Shown one piece after another: positions 47,372 to 57,567 of a stretch of 64,000 bases of DNA. Position 1 is the stretch's first letter, and each line of letters begins with the position of its first letter. The notes under the pieces were generated by a model. The model was not told where the DNA came from. It did not search any database and worked only from the letters and a program-made list of their open reading frames with translations. The translations under genes were made by a program, and so were the position numbers. The DNA is from an uncultured Chloroflexia bacterium (GTDB taxonomy: Bacteria > Chloroflexota > Limnocylindria > Limnocylindrales > CSP1-4): assembly GCA_963845925.1 (NCBI GenBank), contig CAWJUA010000013.1:33507-97506 (forward strand), given 5' to 3'.

Positions 47372-48802
47372 ATGACGACCGCCCTGCCGTCGGCCGCCCT
47401 CGACCCGGCGACGCTCGACGCCGCGAAGGACGAGCTCGTCGCGACGCTCCGCGACCTCATCCGGATCCCGTCGATCAACCCGCCGCCGGACGACGCCCCG
47501 GACGGCGAGCTGCGAGCGGCCGGCTGGATCGGCGATGCGCTCGAGGACGCCGGGATCCCGGCCGAGATCCACGTCCCGGTGCCCGGCCGCGGCTCGGTGA
47601 CCGCGCGGCTTCGCGGCGACGGGACCGGCGGCGAGCCGCTCCTGCTGATGTCGCACCTCGACGTCGTCCCGGCCCCGCCCGACGAGTGGACCCACGACCC
47701 GTTTGCCGGCGACCTCGCCGACGGCTACGTCTGGGGCCGCGGCGCGGTCGACATGAAGCACCTCGTGGCAATGGAGCTCGTCGTCATGCGGATGCTCGCC
47801 GCCGAGGCCCGCGCCGCCGGTCGCAACCCGGCCAGCGACCCCGTCCCGGGCCTGACGCGCGACCTCCTCTTCGCCTCGACCGCCGACGAGGAGGCGGGCG
47901 GCCTCAACGGGATCGCGCCGCTCGTCCTGGACCGGCCGGAGCTGCTGCGGGCCGCCGGCGCGATCAACGAATCGGGCGCGGTCGCGATCACGCTCGGCGA
48001 CCGCCGGTTCTACCCGATCGGCGTCGCGGAGAAGGGCTACGCCGTGTACCGGATCACGGTCCACGGGACGCAGGGCCACGGGTCGATGCCGCGCGACGAC
48101 AACGCGGCTGTGCTCGCGTCGCAGATCGTGACGCGCCTCGCCGTTTCCGGTCCGCCCCGCCTGACGCCGGCGATGGAGCGCTTCCTGGCGGACGTGGGGG
48201 CAACACTCGGCGAGGACCAGCGCCGCCTCGTCGCCGCTCTCGCCGGCCCCGACCCGCGCCCCGCGGAGCTCGCCCTCGAGGCGGTCTGCGACCCGTTCTC
48301 CGCGCGGGTCCTTCGGGCGCTCCTCCGCGACTCGGTCAGCCCCAACATCATCCACGCCGGCGTGAAGTACAACGTGATCCCCGGCGAGGCGACGATCGAG
48401 GTGGACTGCCGGGTCCTGCCCGGGACCTCCGAGGACGACATGCGCCGGACGGTCATCGAGCGCATTGGCCCCGACCTGGCCGCGGTCAGCGACGTCGAGC
48501 TCGTCGTCCACGCCCCGCCGGTCGAGGCGCCGACGTCCGGCCGGCTCTACGACACGATGGTTGACACGCTGCGCGACCACGATCCGGACGGGACCCCGGT
48601 TCCGATCATCGTCCCGTACGCGACCGACGCGAAGCACACCGCCGCGCTCGGCGTCCTGGCGTATGGCTTCTCGCCGCTCCGCCTCGCCCCACGCGAGCCG
48701 TTCCTCGAGCTCTGGCACGGGGTCGACGAGCGCGTCGGCGTCGAAGCGCTCCGCTGGGGCCTGCCGGTCCTCTACGACGTGGTACGCCGCTTCTGCGCCT
48801 GA
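47372..48802 (+). CDS. M20/M25/M40 family metallo-hydrolase
   Basis: SHLDVV, GRGAVDMK, DEE, GHGS, TD and HGVDE. Confidence 0.92.
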   Translation: MTTALPSAALDPATLDAAKDELVATLRDLIRIPSINPPPDDAPDGELRAAGWIGDALEDAGIPAEIHVPVPGRGSVTARLRGDGTGGEPLLLMSHLDVVPAPPDEWTHDPFAGDLADGYVWGRGAVDMKHLVAMELVVMRMLAAEARAAGRNPASDPVPGLTRDLLFASTADEEAGGLNGIAPLVLDRPELLRAAGAINESGAVAITLGDRRFYPIGVAEKGYAVYRITVHGTQGHGSMPRDDNAAVLASQIVTRLAVSGPPRLTPAMERFLADVGATLGEDQRRLVAALAGPDPRPAELALEAVCDPFSARVLRALLRDSVSPNIIHAGVKYNVIPGEATIEVDCRVLPGTSEDDMRRTVIERIGPDLAAVSDVELVVHAPPVEAPTSGRLYDTMVDTLRDHDPDGTPVPIIVPYATDAKHTAALGVLAYGFSPLRLAPREPFLELWHGVDERVGVEALRWGLPVLYDVVRRFCA

Positions 48803-48969
48803 TCCGGGCACGCGCTAAGGCACCGATACGACCGCGCCCCGGACAAATACGGCGCGGCGCTCCCTCCCGCTAAGGCGGCGACCCGATGGCAGCGCGCCCG
48901 TTCGAGCCGAGGATGCGATGCATCGGTGGCCTCTGGGCGGGCCACCAGCGACCAAGGGAGACAGGAACC

Positions 48970-49161
48970 ATGGACAAGTATTCGAGGCGGCAGTACTTCG
49001 ACCGCCTGTGCGAGCTGCGCAACGACTACCGCGGCCTCGGGCCGGACGACGCGACGAGCGTCATCTCGATCGAGGCGATGATCGAGCGGGCGATCGAGCT
49101 CCTCGACCAGCCGGCGTCGCCGCTCATCGCGACGATCGACCAGCGCGACGCAACGAACTGA
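48970..49161 (+). CDS. Small hypothetical protein
   Basis: GGGAG/AGGA RBS before ATG 48970; 63 aa with GC-rich third codon positions. Confidence 0.55.
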   Translation: MDKYSRRQYFDRLCELRNDYRGLGPDDATSVISIEAMIERAIELLDQPASPLIATIDQRDATN

Positions 49162-49209
49162 CCGGCCGACCGTGGGGGCTCGGCCGCGGCCCCGCCCGAC
49201 GCCGACCGA

Positions 49210-49431
49210 CTATTCGGCGTCGGGCGCGGGCGTCTGCCCGGTTGCGTCCTTCCGTGACAGCAGCCGCATGACCTCGCCGCACGAGACGCAGCGGAACGTC
49301 CGCTGCATCCAGCCGCGCTCGGGGTCGTCGCCCGCGGCGTCGTTGTGGGACGCGTCCTCCGCGAGGCCGCTCCATGAGCCGTCGTTGTGCTGGTGCTCGA
49401 CGCGGTACTGGTATTCCTGGAGCATGTCCAT
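49210..49431 (-). CDS. Small HxH/CxxC protein, paralog A
   Basis: GGAGG RBS; similar to the adjacent paralog. Confidence 0.75.
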   Translation of the reverse strand: MDMLQEYQYRVEHQHNDGSWSGLAEDASHNDAAGDDPERGWMQRTFRCVSCGEVMRLLSRKDATGQTPAPDAE

Positions 49432-49455
49432 GACGGGCGCCTCCGATCGAGTTGC

Positions 49456-49674
49456 TTAGCCGGCGTCGGGGGCGACGGCGTCCGGTTCCTGGGTGAGCGT
49501 CACGACGTCGTTGCAGGCTGTGCAGCGGAAGACCCGCCGGAGGGACCAGCCGCGCTCGGGGTCGGTCTCGGCCGTGTCGTGCGGCGGCCGCTCCTCCTCG
49601 ACCATCTGGCCCCAGCTGCCATCGGGGTGCTCGTGCTCGACCCGGTACTGGAGCTCCAGCATTCGCTGGTCCAT
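49456..49674 (-). CDS. Small HxH/CxxC protein, paralog B
   Basis: GGGAG RBS and ATG 49674; QYRVEH.H.DGSW, DPERGW and FRC..C. Confidence 0.75.
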   Translation of the reverse strand: MDQRMLELQYRVEHEHPDGSWGQMVEEERPPHDTAETDPERGWSLRRVFRCTACNDVVTLTQEPDAVAPDAG

Positions 49675-49757
49675 GGCGCACTCCCTCGTGGGCGGTTCGG
49701 TGGTCGCATTCTGACAGCCGCGAGCGTCACGAGTGCCGCCGCTGTCGGCACGCGGTG

Positions 49758-50339
49758 TCAGGCCGGCTCGGAGGTCGCCTTGATCAGCCGGCCGCGGCGC
49801 GAGATCGCGTGCGTCGCCAGGGCCGCCACGCCCATCGCGATCAGGGCCCGTTCGGCGGTCGGCATCGGCCGCACGGCAGACAGGAACTGGTCGGCCCGGG
49901 CCCGGTCGACGACTCGCAGCAGCGCCTTGCCGCGCTGGGTGAGCATGAGCGTGCGCTGACGGCGGTCCTCGGCCTCGATCCGGCGCTCGACGAGCCGCCG
50001 CCGGACGAGCCCGTCGACAAGCCGGCTCGTCGCCGACGGGGAGCGGTTGATCACCTCGGCGAGGTCGCCGATGGTCATCGTCCCGGAGTCCGCCAACACG
50101 TAGAGCGCGGCCAGCTGGGTGAATCCCAGCCGCATCTCGCCCAGCTGCGAGGCGAACCCGATGACAAGCTCGCGCCACAGGGCCCGGCCCATCGCCACCC
50201 GCTCGGAGATCTGGCGGACGTTCTGGATCCGGGTGCCGGCCGCGAGCACCGGCGCCGAAAGGTCCGCTTCGAACCTACGGGCGATCGCCCGCCGCGGCGG
50301 CGGCGTGAGGCGGCGTGGAACGGAGCGCGGCTCGGCCAT
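49758..50339 (-). CDS. MarR-family transcriptional regulator
   Basis: SATSRLVDGLVRRRLVER..EDRRQ..LT..G. Confidence 0.9.
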   Translation of the reverse strand: MAEPRSVPRRLTPPPRRAIARRFEADLSAPVLAAGTRIQNVRQISERVAMGRALWRELVIGFASQLGEMRLGFTQLAALYVLADSGTMTIGDLAEVINRSPSATSRLVDGLVRRRLVERRIEAEDRRQRTLMLTQRGKALLRVVDRARADQFLSAVRPMPTAERALIAMGVAALATHAISRRGRLIKATSEPA

Positions 50340-50428
50340 GCCCGGAATATAGCCCGTTCGGCCCACTTCCGTGCACTCGCGCACAGGCCGCTCCGCGTGA
50401 CGCGAGGGGAGCGGGTACGCTCCGGGCG

Positions 50429-51391
50429 ATGCCTAGCTACGCACTCGTGTTCCCCGGCCAGGGCTCACAGTCGGTCGGGATGGGCCGATCGCTGGCCGCC
50501 GCCAACCCGTCCGCTGCCGCGATCTTCGCCGAGGCCGACGCGGCGCTGCCCGCGCCGATCTCGACGCTCGCCTGGAACGGCCCGGCAGACGAGCTCGACC
50601 GGACCGAGAATGCCCAGCCGGCGCTCCTCGCGACCTCGATCGCCTACCTGATGGCGCTGCGCGACGCGTGGCTCGCGGCCGGCGTCGAGCCGCCCGCGTT
50701 CGCCGCCGGCCACTCGATGGGCCAATACTCGGCGTTCGTCGCCGCCCAGGTAATCTCCCTCGCCGACGGCCTCCGCCTCGTCCGAGAGCGCGGCCGGCTC
50801 ATGCAGGCGTCGGGCCAGGGCCGCGACGGCGCGATGGCCGCGGTCATCGGCCTCGACGACGCCCGGCTGCCGGAGCTCGTCGAGCGGTCTTCGACGCACG
50901 GCGTCTTCGGCGTCGCGAATCGCAACGCGCCCGGCCAGGTCGTCGTCAGCGGCGAGCGCGCGGCGATCGACGCCGCCGCTGAGATCGGCAAGGAGCTGGG
51001 AGCGCGGAAGGTCATCGTCCTCCCGGTCTCGGTCGCGGCCCACTCCCCGCTGATGGCCGGGGCGGCCGACGGGATGCGAGCGGTCCTCGAGGGCGTGACG
51101 TTCAACGATCCCATTGTCCCGCTCATCGCCAACGCCGACGCCCACGAGATCACGACCGCTGGCGACGCCCGCAACGAGCTCGTCGAGCACCTCACGAAGG
51201 GCGTCGACTGGGTCGGCGCCGTCGAGCACATGGCCGCCGAGGGCGTCACGACCTTCGTGGAGGTCGGCCCCGGCCGCGTCCTGACCGGCCTCGTCAAGCA
51301 AATCGCCCCCGACGCGGAGGCCGTCGCCCTCGATCAGGGCGACGCGTCCGGCGAACTCAACGTACCCTTCCGCTCGCCCTCGCCTGCCTGA
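50429..51391 (+). CDS. fabD: Malonyl-CoA:ACP transacylase
   Basis: FPGQGSQ, AQPA, GHSMG, AAHS and EVGPG. Confidence 0.95.
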   Translation: MPSYALVFPGQGSQSVGMGRSLAAANPSAAAIFAEADAALPAPISTLAWNGPADELDRTENAQPALLATSIAYLMALRDAWLAAGVEPPAFAAGHSMGQYSAFVAAQVISLADGLRLVRERGRLMQASGQGRDGAMAAVIGLDDARLPELVERSSTHGVFGVANRNAPGQVVVSGERAAIDAAAEIGKELGARKVIVLPVSVAAHSPLMAGAADGMRAVLEGVTFNDPIVPLIANADAHEITTAGDARNELVEHLTKGVDWVGAVEHMAAEGVTTFVEVGPGRVLTGLVKQIAPDAEAVALDQGDASGELNVPFRSPSPA

Positions 51392-51424
51392 CCGGCCGCC
51401 AGAACTCGAAAGGATCCACCGAGC

Positions 51425-52699
51425 GTGCGCAGACCCGACTACGACCGCCGCGTCGCCATCACCGGCCTGGGTGTCATCAGTCCGATCGGCAACGACATCC
51501 CGACCGTCTGGCACAACCTGTCCCACGGCGTGTCGGGCCTGGCCGAGCTGACCCGCTTCGACGTCAGCCGCTACGAGCACAAGTGGGGCGGCGAGGTCAA
51601 GGACTTCAATGCCACCGACTGGATGGACCCGAAGCATGCTCGGCGGACCGAATCGAGCGTCCACTTCGGCGTCGCCGCGGCGAAGCAGGCCCTGGCCGAC
51701 TCGGGCCTCGAGATCACCGACGAAAACCGCGAGGACGTCGGGGTGATCTTCAGCTCGGGAGCCGGCGGCCAGGGGCTGATGATCGACAGCTGGATCTCGC
51801 TCCACGACAAGGGGCCGCGGAGCGTCGCGCCGACGTTCATCGCGAACGCCCTGGTCGACTCGACCTCGGGACTGATCGCGATCGAAACGGGCGCGATCGG
51901 CCACAACCTCGCGGTCGTCTCGGCCTGCGCCACCGGCACCCACAGCGTGGGCGAGGCGGCGGAGGTGATCCGGCGCGGCGACTGCACCGCGGTCATCGCC
52001 GGCTCGACCGAGGCGCCGCTGCTCGAAGTGGGTCATGCCGGATTCACGAACATGCGCGGGATGGGCAGCCCCCGGCCAGGCGAGCCGGTCCAGACGCTGT
52101 GCCGGCCGTTCGACCTGACACGCAACGGGTTCGTCCTCGGCGAGGGCGCGGGTGGCCTGCTCGTCGAGGACCTCGAGCTCGCCAAGAAGCGTGGCGCGAA
52201 GATCTACGCCGAGGTCGTCGGCTACGGCTCCGCGGCCGACGGCTGGGACATGGTCCAGCCGATCGAGCACGGCATCGGCTCCGCCCGGGCGATGAAGATG
52301 GCCCTCGACCGGTGGGGCGTGCCGGCCGACGAGGTCGACGTCATCAACCCCCACGGGACCTCGACGCCACTCGGCGACAAGCGCGAGTCCGAGGCGATCT
52401 GGAAGGTCTTCGGCGAGCGCTCCGCGGCGAACGCGAAGTCGCTCGCGATCAGCGGCACGAAGTCGATGACCGGCCACATGATGGGCGCGGCCGGCGCGTT
52501 CGAGGCGGTCGCGACGGTGCTCACCGTGAAGGAGCAGTGCATCCCGCCGACCGTGAACTACCGCGACTTCGACCCCGAGTGCGACCTCTGGGTCATCGAT
52601 GAGGCGATGGCCCACCCGGTCCGATACGCGCTGTCGAACAACATCGGCCTGGGCGGCCACAACGGGGCCATCATCTTCAAGCGATATGACGGTGATTGA
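51425..52699 (+). CDS. fabF: Beta-ketoacyl-ACP synthase II
   Basis: SACATG, HGTST and KSMTGH. Confidence 0.9.
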   Translation: MRRPDYDRRVAITGLGVISPIGNDIPTVWHNLSHGVSGLAELTRFDVSRYEHKWGGEVKDFNATDWMDPKHARRTESSVHFGVAAAKQALADSGLEITDENREDVGVIFSSGAGGQGLMIDSWISLHDKGPRSVAPTFIANALVDSTSGLIAIETGAIGHNLAVVSACATGTHSVGEAAEVIRRGDCTAVIAGSTEAPLLEVGHAGFTNMRGMGSPRPGEPVQTLCRPFDLTRNGFVLGEGAGGLLVEDLELAKKRGAKIYAEVVGYGSAADGWDMVQPIEHGIGSARAMKMALDRWGVPADEVDVINPHGTSTPLGDKRESEAIWKVFGERSAANAKSLAISGTKSMTGHMMGAAGAFEAVATVLTVKEQCIPPTVNYRDFDPECDLWVIDEAMAHPVRYALSNNIGLGGHNGAIIFKRYDGD

Positions 52700-52704
52700 C
52701 GGCT

Positions 52705-52819
52705 GTCGCGGCTGAACGAAGCTGGCCGCGTTGGCCACTGCGCTCCGCGCTCGCGGGGCTTCGCACCGGCTCGCTTGCGGTGCTCGCGGCCGCCTTGCCA
52801 GCCTCGCCCAGCCGCGACG
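52705..52819. repeat. Long imperfect intergenic palindrome (REP-like)
   Basis: gtcgcggctg ... cagccgcgac ends with internal gctccgc, gcttcgc and gctcgc motifs. Confidence 0.4.
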
Positions 52820-52884
52820 AACGCAGTCGGGCTCCGTGGCTGATGTCTCTACAATCCCCGCAACTCCTGCCCTGAGGTATCCCG

Positions 52885-54147
52885 TTGCCTGAACTCGATC
52901 CTGCCCGCCGAGCCGTCGTGACCGGCATGGGCGCGGTCATGCCCATCGGGAACGACTTCCCGACGTACTGGGCGAACCTCGTCGCCGGCAAGACCGGCAC
53001 CCGGCGGATCCAGAGCTTCGACCCATCGGGCTTCGAGGTGCAGATCGCCGCCGAGGTCCTCGACTTCGACCCGACGAAGGCCATGGACCCCAAGATGGCC
53101 CGCCGGATGACGCGGTTCATCCACTTCGCGATGGCCGCCGGCAAGGAGGCCGTCGCCGACAGCGGGATCGACTTCGGGGCGATGAGCCAGGAGCAGCGCG
53201 ATCGCGTCGGCGTCGTCGTCAATACCGGCGGCGGGGGGATCGAGGCGATCATCGACGGGACCCACACCCACGACACGAAGGGTCCACGGTTCGTGTCGGC
53301 CTTCGCGATCCCTGCGCTGTCGGGCTCGATGGGCGCCGCACTGCTCTCGATGGAGTGGGGTCTCACCGGGCCGGTCATGACCCAGGTCGCGGCGTGCGCG
53401 ACGTCGGTCATCGCGTTCCACGACGCGCTGCGGCTCATCCGGTCCGGCGAATGCGACGTCGTCCTGACCGGCGGATCCGAGGCGCCGGTCGTGCCGATGG
53501 GCATCGCCGCGCTCGCGAACATGGGCGCCTTGTCGAAGCGCAACGACGACCCCGAGTCCGCCTCGCGGCCGTTCGACGTGACTCGCGACGGATTCGTCCT
53601 GGGCGAAGGCGGCGGCGTCGTCGTGGTCGAGTCCCTTGAGCACGCGCTGAACCGCGGCGCCACGCCAGTCGCGGAGGTCATCGGCGGTGCGCTCACCGCC
53701 GACGCGTTCCACATCAGCGCGCCCGAGCCGTCGGGCCGCGGCCAGGCCCGGGCGATGACGCTGGCCCTGAAGAACGCCCAGGTCGCCCCGGACGAGATCG
53801 ACTACATCGTCGCCCACGGCACCGCGACGCCGCTCAACGACGCGACCGAGACGCGGGCGATCAAGGCCGCCTACGGCGCCCACGCCAAGAAGGTCGCGAT
53901 CAGCTCGCCGAAGTCGATGATCGGCCACCTCGTCGGCGCCGCGGGCATCGCGTCGGCGCTGGCGGGGCTGGGTGCGATCCGCGACCAGGTGATCCCGCCC
54001 ACGGCGAACCTGCGCACGCCGGACCCGGAGTGCGACCTCGACTACGTGCCGCTGACGGCGCGCAAGGCAAAGATCGAGACGGTCGCGATCAACGGCTTCG
54101 GCTTCGGCGGCCAGAACGCCGTCGCGATCTTCCGCCGCCTGGGCTAG
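52885..54147 (+). CDS. fabF: Beta-ketoacyl-ACP synthase II (second copy)
   Basis: AACATS, HGTAT, KSMIGH and FGFGGQN; its own TACAAT -10-like box at 52849. Confidence 0.92.
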   Translation: MPELDPARRAVVTGMGAVMPIGNDFPTYWANLVAGKTGTRRIQSFDPSGFEVQIAAEVLDFDPTKAMDPKMARRMTRFIHFAMAAGKEAVADSGIDFGAMSQEQRDRVGVVVNTGGGGIEAIIDGTHTHDTKGPRFVSAFAIPALSGSMGAALLSMEWGLTGPVMTQVAACATSVIAFHDALRLIRSGECDVVLTGGSEAPVVPMGIAALANMGALSKRNDDPESASRPFDVTRDGFVLGEGGGVVVVESLEHALNRGATPVAEVIGGALTADAFHISAPEPSGRGQARAMTLALKNAQVAPDEIDYIVAHGTATPLNDATETRAIKAAYGAHAKKVAISSPKSMIGHLVGAAGIASALAGLGAIRDQVIPPTANLRTPDPECDLDYVPLTARKAKIETVAINGFGFGGQNAVAIFRRLG

Positions 54148-56831
54148 GGCTCGACGACCAGCGTGCCGGTCATCCCGGCAGCCGCGTGGCCCGGCACCGT
54201 GCAGACGATCCGGTATGTGCCGGGTTGATCGATCCGGAAGCGGAGCGTCGTCGTCTGGCCGGGCCGGGCTGGCACGTCGACGTTCGCGAGGCCCTCGACC
54301 GTCCAGTCGTGGAACACGGGGTCGGCGTTCGTGAACGTCAGGACCGCGAAGCGGTCGGCGGTCACGTGGACCTCGCTGGGGCTGAAGCGGACGTCCTTCG
54401 CGGTGACCGCGAGTGGCGTGGCCGAGGCGTCGATCGCCCGGTCGGCCGCCATCACCGTGCCGGCGACCAACAATGAGGCGGCGGCGACCGCGATCAGGTA
54501 GCGCCCCCGTCGGAGCGTGCCGAGGACGCCGCCCCGCGTCTCGATGTGGCGCCCGCGCCGGAGGTCGAGGCCGCGCAGCCGGAGCGAGTTCGTCACGACC
54601 GCGACCGACGACATCGCCATCGCCCCCGCGGCCAGCGCCGGCCCGATCGTCACGCCGAGCGGCACGAGGAGGCCCATCGCGACCGGAATGAGCAGCAGGT
54701 TGTAGCCGAACGCCCAGAGCAGGTTCTCGCGGACGACGCTCATCGTCGCCAGTGACAGCTCGATCGCGGTCGCCACTCCGCGGGGGTCGCCGCCGACGAG
54801 CGTCACACCGGCGGCCTCGATCGCGACGTCCGCGCCGGTCCCGATCGCGAGCCCGAGATCCGCCGCGGCCAGGGCCGGCGCGTCATTGACCCCGTCGCCG
54901 ACCATCGCCACGCGCCGGCCGCCGGCCCGCAGCCGCTCGATCGCGGCGGCCTTGTCGGCGGGCAGGACGCCGGCCAGAACGTGCTCCGCCGGGATGCCGA
55001 CACGCTCCGCGACGGCGTGGGCCGTCGCCTCGCCGTCGCCGGTGATCAGCCAGCTCTCGAGCCCGGCGTCGGCGAGGCGGCGGATCGCCTCGGCCGCCTC
55101 GGGCTTGACCGGGTCGGCGATCGCGAGGACACCGGCGACGGCGCCGTCGATCGCGACCCAGGCGACGCTCCGGCCCGCGCCGGCGAGGCGCGCCGCGTCG
55201 GCGTCGAGCGGCGTCGTATCGATTCCGCGCTCGGCGAGCAGACGGCCGCTGCCGACGAGCACGTCCTGTCCGTCGACACGCCCCTCGACGCCCAGTCCGG
55301 GCAGGCTCTCGAATGCCTCGACCGCCCGGAACCCCAGCTCGTCGCGCTTCGCCCGGACGACGATCGCCGCCCCGAGCGGATGCTCGCTCGCCCGCTCCAG
55401 CGACGCCGCGAGGTCGATCAGCGCGGCGGGGTCGACGCCCGGCGCCGGCTCGACGGCGACGACCTCCGGGCGGCCCGCGGTCAGCGTGCCGGTCTTGTCG
55501 AATGCGACGATCGAGACGTGCGACGCCGCCTCGAGCGCCTCGCCGCCCCGGAACAGGATGCCGGCCTCGGCGCCGCGGCCGGTGCCGACCATGATCGCGG
55601 TCGGCGTGGCGAGGCCCATCGCGCACGGGCAGGCGACGATGACGACGCCGATGAACGCGGTCAGCGCGAGCGTCACCCGCGGCTCCGGCCCGAACAGCCA
55701 CCAGCCTGTGAACGCGGCGACCGCGAGGATCACGACCGCTGGCACGAACGCCTCGCTGATGCGGTCGGCGAGCCGCTGGATCGGCGGCTTGCTGCCCTGG
55801 GCCTGCTCGACGAGGGCGACGATCCGGGCCAGCGCCGTGTCGGCGCCGACGCGGGTAGCGCGGAACAGGAACGTCCCGGTCGTGTTGACGGTCGCCCCGA
55901 CGATCTCGTCGCCGGGACCCTTCGCGACCGGCCACGCCTCGCCGGTCAGCATCGATTCGTCGACCGCGGACGAGCCGGAGACGACGATGCCGTCGACCGG
56001 CACCCGAGCGCCGGGCCGGACGCGGAGGACGTCGCCGGGCTGGACCTCGCCGACCGGAACCTCGCGATCCTCACCGCCGGCGACGAGCCACGCGGTCTCG
56101 GGCTGGAGCCCGACGAGGCGCCGGATCGCGCCGACCGCCCGGCCCTTCGCCCGGGCCTCGAGCCAGCGACCAAGCAGGACGAGCCCGAGGATGATCGTCG
56201 AGCTGTCGAAGTAGGTCTCGGGGTGGAGGCCGGCCTGGTGGATGACCTCCGGGAACAGGGTCACGAAGACGCTGTACGCCCAGGCCGCGGTCGTGCCGAT
56301 GACGACGAGCGTGTCCATCGTCAGGCTGCCGTGGCGGAGGGCTCGCCAGGCCGCGACGTAGAACCGCCTGCCGGCCCAGACCTGGACGATCGTCGCCGGC
56401 ACGAGGACGAGCCGGTTGATGTCCTCCATCGGGATCAGGGTCTGGGGCCAGAACATCAGGACCATGATCCCGACGGCCACCGTGAGCGCGACGACCGCCT
56501 CGCGCAGGAGCCCGTGCGCGTAGCGGTCTCGTTCGGCCGCGTCGGCGTCCGCGGCTTCGCGCAACGAGCGCGCCGCCGCCGTCTCGCCCGAGGCGCGCTC
56601 GGGCTTCAGGTCGTAGCCGGCCGCGGCGATCGCTGCGACGAGCTCCGCCCGCCCGGCGGTCTCCGGCAGGTAGCGGATCGTCGCGACCTCGGTCGCGAGA
56701 TTGACCGTCGCGTCGGTCACGCCCGGTGTCTTGCGGAGGAAGCGCTCAATCCGGTTGACGCAGCTCGCGCAGGTCATGCCCTCGATCGGGAGGGCGACCG
56801 TGACGAGGGTCGAGGAAGCGGGCTCGTTCAT
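54144..56831 (-). CDS. copA: Cu(I)-translocating P1B ATPase with a C-terminal cupredoxin domain
   Basis: GMTCASC, TGE, CPC, DKTGT, SEHP, GDGVND, YN and MAMSS; tail with H...CTVPGH....M. Confidence 0.92.
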   Translation of the reverse strand: MNEPASSTLVTVALPIEGMTCASCVNRIERFLRKTPGVTDATVNLATEVATIRYLPETAGRAELVAAIAAAGYDLKPERASGETAAARSLREAADADAAERDRYAHGLLREAVVALTVAVGIMVLMFWPQTLIPMEDINRLVLVPATIVQVWAGRRFYVAAWRALRHGSLTMDTLVVIGTTAAWAYSVFVTLFPEVIHQAGLHPETYFDSSTIILGLVLLGRWLEARAKGRAVGAIRRLVGLQPETAWLVAGGEDREVPVGEVQPGDVLRVRPGARVPVDGIVVSGSSAVDESMLTGEAWPVAKGPGDEIVGATVNTTGTFLFRATRVGADTALARIVALVEQAQGSKPPIQRLADRISEAFVPAVVILAVAAFTGWWLFGPEPRVTLALTAFIGVVIVACPCAMGLATPTAIMVGTGRGAEAGILFRGGEALEAASHVSIVAFDKTGTLTAGRPEVVAVEPAPGVDPAALIDLAASLERASEHPLGAAIVVRAKRDELGFRAVEAFESLPGLGVEGRVDGQDVLVGSGRLLAERGIDTTPLDADAARLAGAGRSVAWVAIDGAVAGVLAIADPVKPEAAEAIRRLADAGLESWLITGDGEATAHAVAERVGIPAEHVLAGVLPADKAAAIERLRAGGRRVAMVGDGVNDAPALAAADLGLAIGTGADVAIEAAGVTLVGGDPRGVATAIELSLATMSVVRENLLWAFGYNLLLIPVAMGLLVPLGVTIGPALAAGAMAMSSVAVVTNSLRLRGLDLRRGRHIETRGGVLGTLRRGRYLIAVAAASLLVAGTVMAADRAIDASATPLAVTAKDVRFSPSEVHVTADRFAVLTFTNADPVFHDWTVEGLANVDVPARPGQTTTLRFRIDQPGTYRIVCTVPGHAAAGMTGTLVVEP

Positions 56832-56895
56832 ACTCCCTGGGAGTATACCAGCCGCCGTCGCGCGGACGACCCTGCCAGACGGCACACTTTCGTCC

Positions 56896-57450
56896 ATGCC
56901 ATCGGTCCACGTCGCCGCCGTCGACGCCCCGTGGGGCCCGGTCCACCTCGCGGCCGGCGACCGCGGGCTCGTCGCGTGCGAGTCGATGACGCCCTACGAG
57001 CCGTTCGTGGAGCGGCTGGAGTGGCGGTTCCGGTCGGATGTCTCCGCGACCCGTCATCCGGTCCTCGACGAGGCCGTCCGCCAGCTCGAGGACTTCCTCG
57101 CCGATCGACGACGCGCGTTCGACCTGCCGATCGACCTCTCCGACCGGCCGGCGTTCGACCAGGCGGTCCTCCGGGCGGTGAGCGAAGTGCCGTGGGGCCG
57201 CGTGGCGAGCTACGGCCTGATCGCCCGGGCCATCGACCGGGCCGGCGCCGCCCGGGCGGTGGGCGGCGCCGTCGCCCGGAGCCCGATCGGGATCGTCGTC
57301 CCCTGCCACCGGATCGTCGCCGCGGACGGGTCACTGGGTGGGTATGGCGGAGACGGCGGCTGGGGGTTCGGATCGCGCGAGCAGCACCTCCGGCTGAAGC
57401 GCGAGTTGCTGCTCCGCGAGGGCGTCGATATCCCGCTGCCGCGTGGCTGA
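56896..57450 (+). CDS. ogt: Methylated-DNA-protein-cysteine methyltransferase
   Basis: RAVG, VPCHRIV and LGGY. Confidence 0.9.
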   Translation: MPSVHVAAVDAPWGPVHLAAGDRGLVACESMTPYEPFVERLEWRFRSDVSATRHPVLDEAVRQLEDFLADRRRAFDLPIDLSDRPAFDQAVLRAVSEVPWGRVASYGLIARAIDRAGAARAVGGAVARSPIGIVVPCHRIVAADGSLGGYGGDGGWGFGSREQHLRLKRELLLREGVDIPLPRG

Positions 57451-57567
57451 CACGACCGTCTCGCGGCGGGCCAGCCCGGCCGGTACACTCCGCCGAGCCA
57501 GAGGGGCAGAGGGAGTGTGCAGGAGGGCGCCCATGGCGCGCTGGACCATGTCCGAGGGCGTGCGCCC

